NCBI GenBank assembly: GCA_977017575.1
Contig: CDRNVI010000158.1
Location: 62,001-126,000 of the forward strand
Direction of reading: 5' to 3'
DNA from: Paramoeba atlantica
Lineage: Eukaryota; Protista; Discosea
Length of the DNA: 64,000 nt
In this document: positions 60,803 to 64,000 of the stretch, piece after piece
Layout of the letters: each line of letters begins with the position of its first letter
Position numbering within the stretch: position 1 is the stretch's first letter
Program-made: the position numbers and the translations under genes
Notes under the pieces: generated by a model
The model's database searches: none
What the model was told of the DNA's origin: nothing
The model's input: the letters and a program-made list of their open reading frames with translations, nothing else

Positions 60803-60924
60803 CCCGCTGATCGTCCACTCTCACCATCTACTTTGTTCACCATCTACTTTTTTCACCATCTACTACTTGAATAACGAAACAAGAGAGTGATGAGAAGAGA
60901 GGGTGAGAGTGGACGATCAGCGGG
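60803..60924. repeat. perfect 23-bp inverted repeat with 76-nt spacer
   Basis: CCCGCTGATCGTCCACTCTCACC (60803-60825) and its exact reverse complement (60902-60924); the spacer has three TCACCATCTACT copies. Confidence 0.92.
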
Positions 60925-61291
60925 CTTTCCGCCGCGCTGTTGCCGTCATTCCTGCAGCTTCGTCGTCTTCTCCAGCATTGAGAACTTCTGATCCAGACCC
61001 ACTCGCTCCTGTTGTAAGAGGAGTAGAAGTAGCGATTGCCAATAAGGGTGATGTTGTGGTTTGAAAAGAAGAATAAGAGGGAGCGGAAGTGGTAAACTTT
61101 TGTGAGAATGTTGTACTGGTGGAAAGGCTTTGGCTGGTGATGGATGAGGAGGTTTTTGATTGGAAAGTAATTCCTCCGACCGTCATGGATGATTGAAGAG
61201 CTCGAAGTTGAGACCCATGAACTAAATTTGGGCGAAATGAAGAGGTGACGATTCCTCTTCGCATCCCGTTCAAAGCCAAACGACAAGCCAT
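60917..61291 (-). CDS. small Ser/Thr-rich protein with mitochondrial-presequence-like N-terminus
   Basis: ATG start MACRLALNGMRRGIVTSSFRPNL (Arg/Ser/Thr-rich, no acidic residues); intronless; GC above flanks. Confidence 0.55.
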   Translation of the reverse strand: MACRLALNGMRRGIVTSSFRPNLVHGSQLRALQSSMTVGGITFQSKTSSSITSQSLSTSTTFSQKFTTSAPSYSSFQTTTSPLLAIATSTPLTTGASGSGSEVLNAGEDDEAAGMTATARRKAR

Positions 61292-61323
61292 GATTTGTTT
61301 CTCTCAGGTTTTTTTGAAACCGA

Positions 61324-61355
<32 letters not shown>

Positions 61356-61541
61356 ACGAGAGAACTTTTTTCAAAACCGAGAAAAGATCTTTTTGATTTT
61401 TCGATTGTAGATAAATTCTTCCAAGAAAAAAATGGAAAGATAATTACTGAATTGGCTTGAATCATCTCGACCAAAAGGAATGACGATTGACTTGGGTTTG
61501 GGGGAGAAGGAATCATCCAAAATGGTATGGTAATTTTTTCT

Positions 61542-61931
61542 TTATGTCCTCTTTGCAGGTTTTAAAGGAAAACTAGAAAGAGAGAGGATCATGGCATCGA
61601 ACCATTCATCTCTCTCTCCTTTGTTTCGAGCGCGAAAATAATAACTGTGGTCTGTTTTGGATTTCACAGAAATATATTTTGGGTTCTTTCTTGCCTCAAC
61701 CTTTTCCACCTCATTTGGAGGTTTGTTCAAGAAGGAGCGAGGAAAAAAAAAAGAAGAAAAAAAGAATCAAACTGCAATATCAACCATGATTTCCCCGCCC
61801 CTCTCTCCATAGCAATAAATGTGACCATTTGCGACAACCACCCACGATGGCATCCTGTTCGCCAGGAATGACGAACTGGGGAGCATTACCAATGTTCCCT
61901 CTTTTTCACCAACCTCTCCAGGATCATCCAT
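61542..61931 (-). CDS. solo PH-domain protein (2 exons)
   Basis: EKEGTLVM...SWVVVANGHIYCY...YYFRARNKGERDEWFDAMI; ends FPLKPAKRT*. Confidence 0.78.
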
Positions 61932-62233
61932 CTATCCCGCGGTTTCTCTTTTTCACTTTGTCAGTGAAAAATTCTTTTTTATGAACTTTATCAACTTCTT
62001 AATGACTGAAACCAAATCATTAAGAATCAAGGATCAAGAAAATCTTTTGTTCGTGGCCAAAGAGACCAAACAAAAACAACAAAACCCTCGAAAATAGTTG
62101 GATGTTTTTAAACGATCGTATGACCTAAAATTATTGATTTTTGCACAAAAAATAATTTAGAAAATAAATTAAAAATACCCAACCACCATAAGTATCAAGT
62201 CGTATTGCACTTTTTTTGTGTTTGGGGACAAAG

Positions 62234-64000
62234 ATGAAAAAATCGATTGGTTTACGTTCTAAACTCAAAACGAGATTTTCTTCTTCCAAAAAATTAGAGA
62301 AAGCATATCAGAATTTACAACCTGATTCTGTGGAGGAGATTCGGCAATTGTTTCAGAAGTATGATCGAGATAACTCAGGTTCTTTTTTGAGAAGAAAAAC
62401 ACTTTTCCCCTCCCTCATTTTTTTTGCTGACATTTTGCTCCCTTTTCTTTCCCTCTTTCTCAAAAATGTAGGGACAATTGATGCAAAAGAATTAGCAAAG
62501 GCGGTTGGTGTTCTCTTGGGTTGTCCTCTCTCAAAACAGAATGCGGAACTGATGTTGGAAAGGGTCGACACAGACAAGTCTGGATCGGTGAGTTTTGACG
62601 AATTCAAACATTTGACAGCTCTTGTAATTACGCTGAAAAAACAATTTGATGAAGCGGACAAAGACAAATCGAAGACCTTAACCGCTTCTGAAATGGTTCC
62701 GTTGCTGAATCAACCGCCAAATAGTTACAAGTTTTCTCTCAAAACAGCGGAAGGATTTATCAAAATGTTTGACGATGATGAGAGTGGAACCATTTCATAT
62801 CAAGAATATTTCAACTTGTCGTTCTATCTCCGAGAGTTGGAACACATTCATGACGAAAGATTAAGCGACGTGGAAGAAGGGAGACAAGTTCAAGAATGGT
62901 CTCATTATTTGAAAGGGGTGTTGGGGAAACGGTTGGCGAGTGATAAAAAAGCTCTGGAACAATTTCAAAAGTTAGATAAGAACAAAAATTTCGAGCCTTT
63001 TGCGGAAACAGTGATTCGAGTTTGGGTTTCTTCCTTGTCAGGAAAACAAAAGAAGGGCGATCGAGATGTTTTGAAGGTTTGTGTGTTTGCTCTTCTTTTT
63101 CTCTCTTACTTACTCTTAAAAAAATAAGAGTTTTTTTTTCGAAAGTTTTCTCACTTAAATCAATTAAAAAAAGGTCAGAAAAAACATACGAGAAAGGAGG
63201 AAAAGAAAAATGGTTCGTAAATCTCCATCTTTTGCAAAGTCAGAGAAAGCTTCCCAAAATTTACAACCTGATTCCCTTTCATCAATTCGAACATTATTTG
63301 ATCGATATGATCGAGACCATTCGGGTAATCTCTTTTTTCTTTTTTCTTTTCTGTTTTAATCTCTCTCTCTTTTTTACTACATCTTGTGTTTCTTAAATTT
63401 AATCTTTTTCTTTTCACAGGAAAGATCGACTCTTCAGAACTTGCTTCTGCAATGGGGGCACTTTTAGGGTGTACACTCAACAAACAGAATGCTGAATTAA
63501 TGTTGGATCGCGTCGATACTGATCGATCAGGAACAATCAATTTCGATGAATTCAAAAGCCTGACTGGGATTGTGATTTCTTTCAAGAAACAGTTTGATGA
63601 AGCGGACAAGGATAACTCGAAAACGTTGTCAGCTGAAGAAATGTTACCATTGTTGAATCAACCACCAAATAACTACAAATTTACACAAAAAACAGCCGTG
63701 AATTTCATCCAAACTTTTGATGATGATAAAACAAAGTGGGCAATCTCGTATGTTGAGTTCATCAACCTCGCCTTTTACCTCCACGAATTGGAACATCTTC
63801 ATGACGAAAGAGTCAATGATTTAGGAGAAGGAGGGGGACCAAAAGAATGGTCTTATTATTTGGTTGGAGTGTTGGGCGAAAAGTTAGCGAATGACCCAAA
63901 AATTTTGGAACAATTTCGTCCTTTGGATAAAAATACTGCTTTTGAGCCTTTTGCTGAGAAGATTATTGCGATTTGGCGATCTTCTGCTGGAAAAGGGGCT
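62234..64000 (+). CDS. two tandem four-EF-hand modules (penta-EF-hand-like); one fused gene or two paralogues; truncated at window end
   Basis: DRDNSG, DTDKSG, DKDKSK, DDDESG loops in unit 1; DRDHSG, DTDRSG, DKDNSK, DDDKT in unit 2 (ATG 63210); same intron position in both. Confidence 0.85.

Overview
AT-rich, gene-dense, intron-containing eukaryotic nuclear DNA. It looks like a protist, and the gene content (CRT-like transporter, solo bacterial-type ABC ATPase, H-type lectin) resembles an amoebozoan, but the taxon is an inference. The window opens with the 3' part of a dead Ty1/copia LTR retrotransposon (IN-RT-RNaseH, PPT, 206-bp 3' LTR) abutting a non-LTR RT fragment. It then carries about 25 protein genes (including TFIP11, HEATR3/Syo1-like, MAT1, V-ATPase B and C, EF1B-gamma, WDR75, U1-70K), four tRNAs (one intronic and aberrant), three paralogues of an uncharacterised secreted family, and a decayed region at 22-25 kb. 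The most striking unexplained pattern is a short [I/L]KPA[K/Q] motif at or near the C-terminus of four otherwise unrelated proteins (two ankyrin proteins, a pseudokinase, a solo PH domain). Also notable are tandem duplications of exon edges inside introns, a duplicated bidirectional promoter plus first exon, and a perfect 23-bp hairpin over a stop codon. Multi-exon gene limits were assembled by eye; homology calls are from motif recognition, not database searches.
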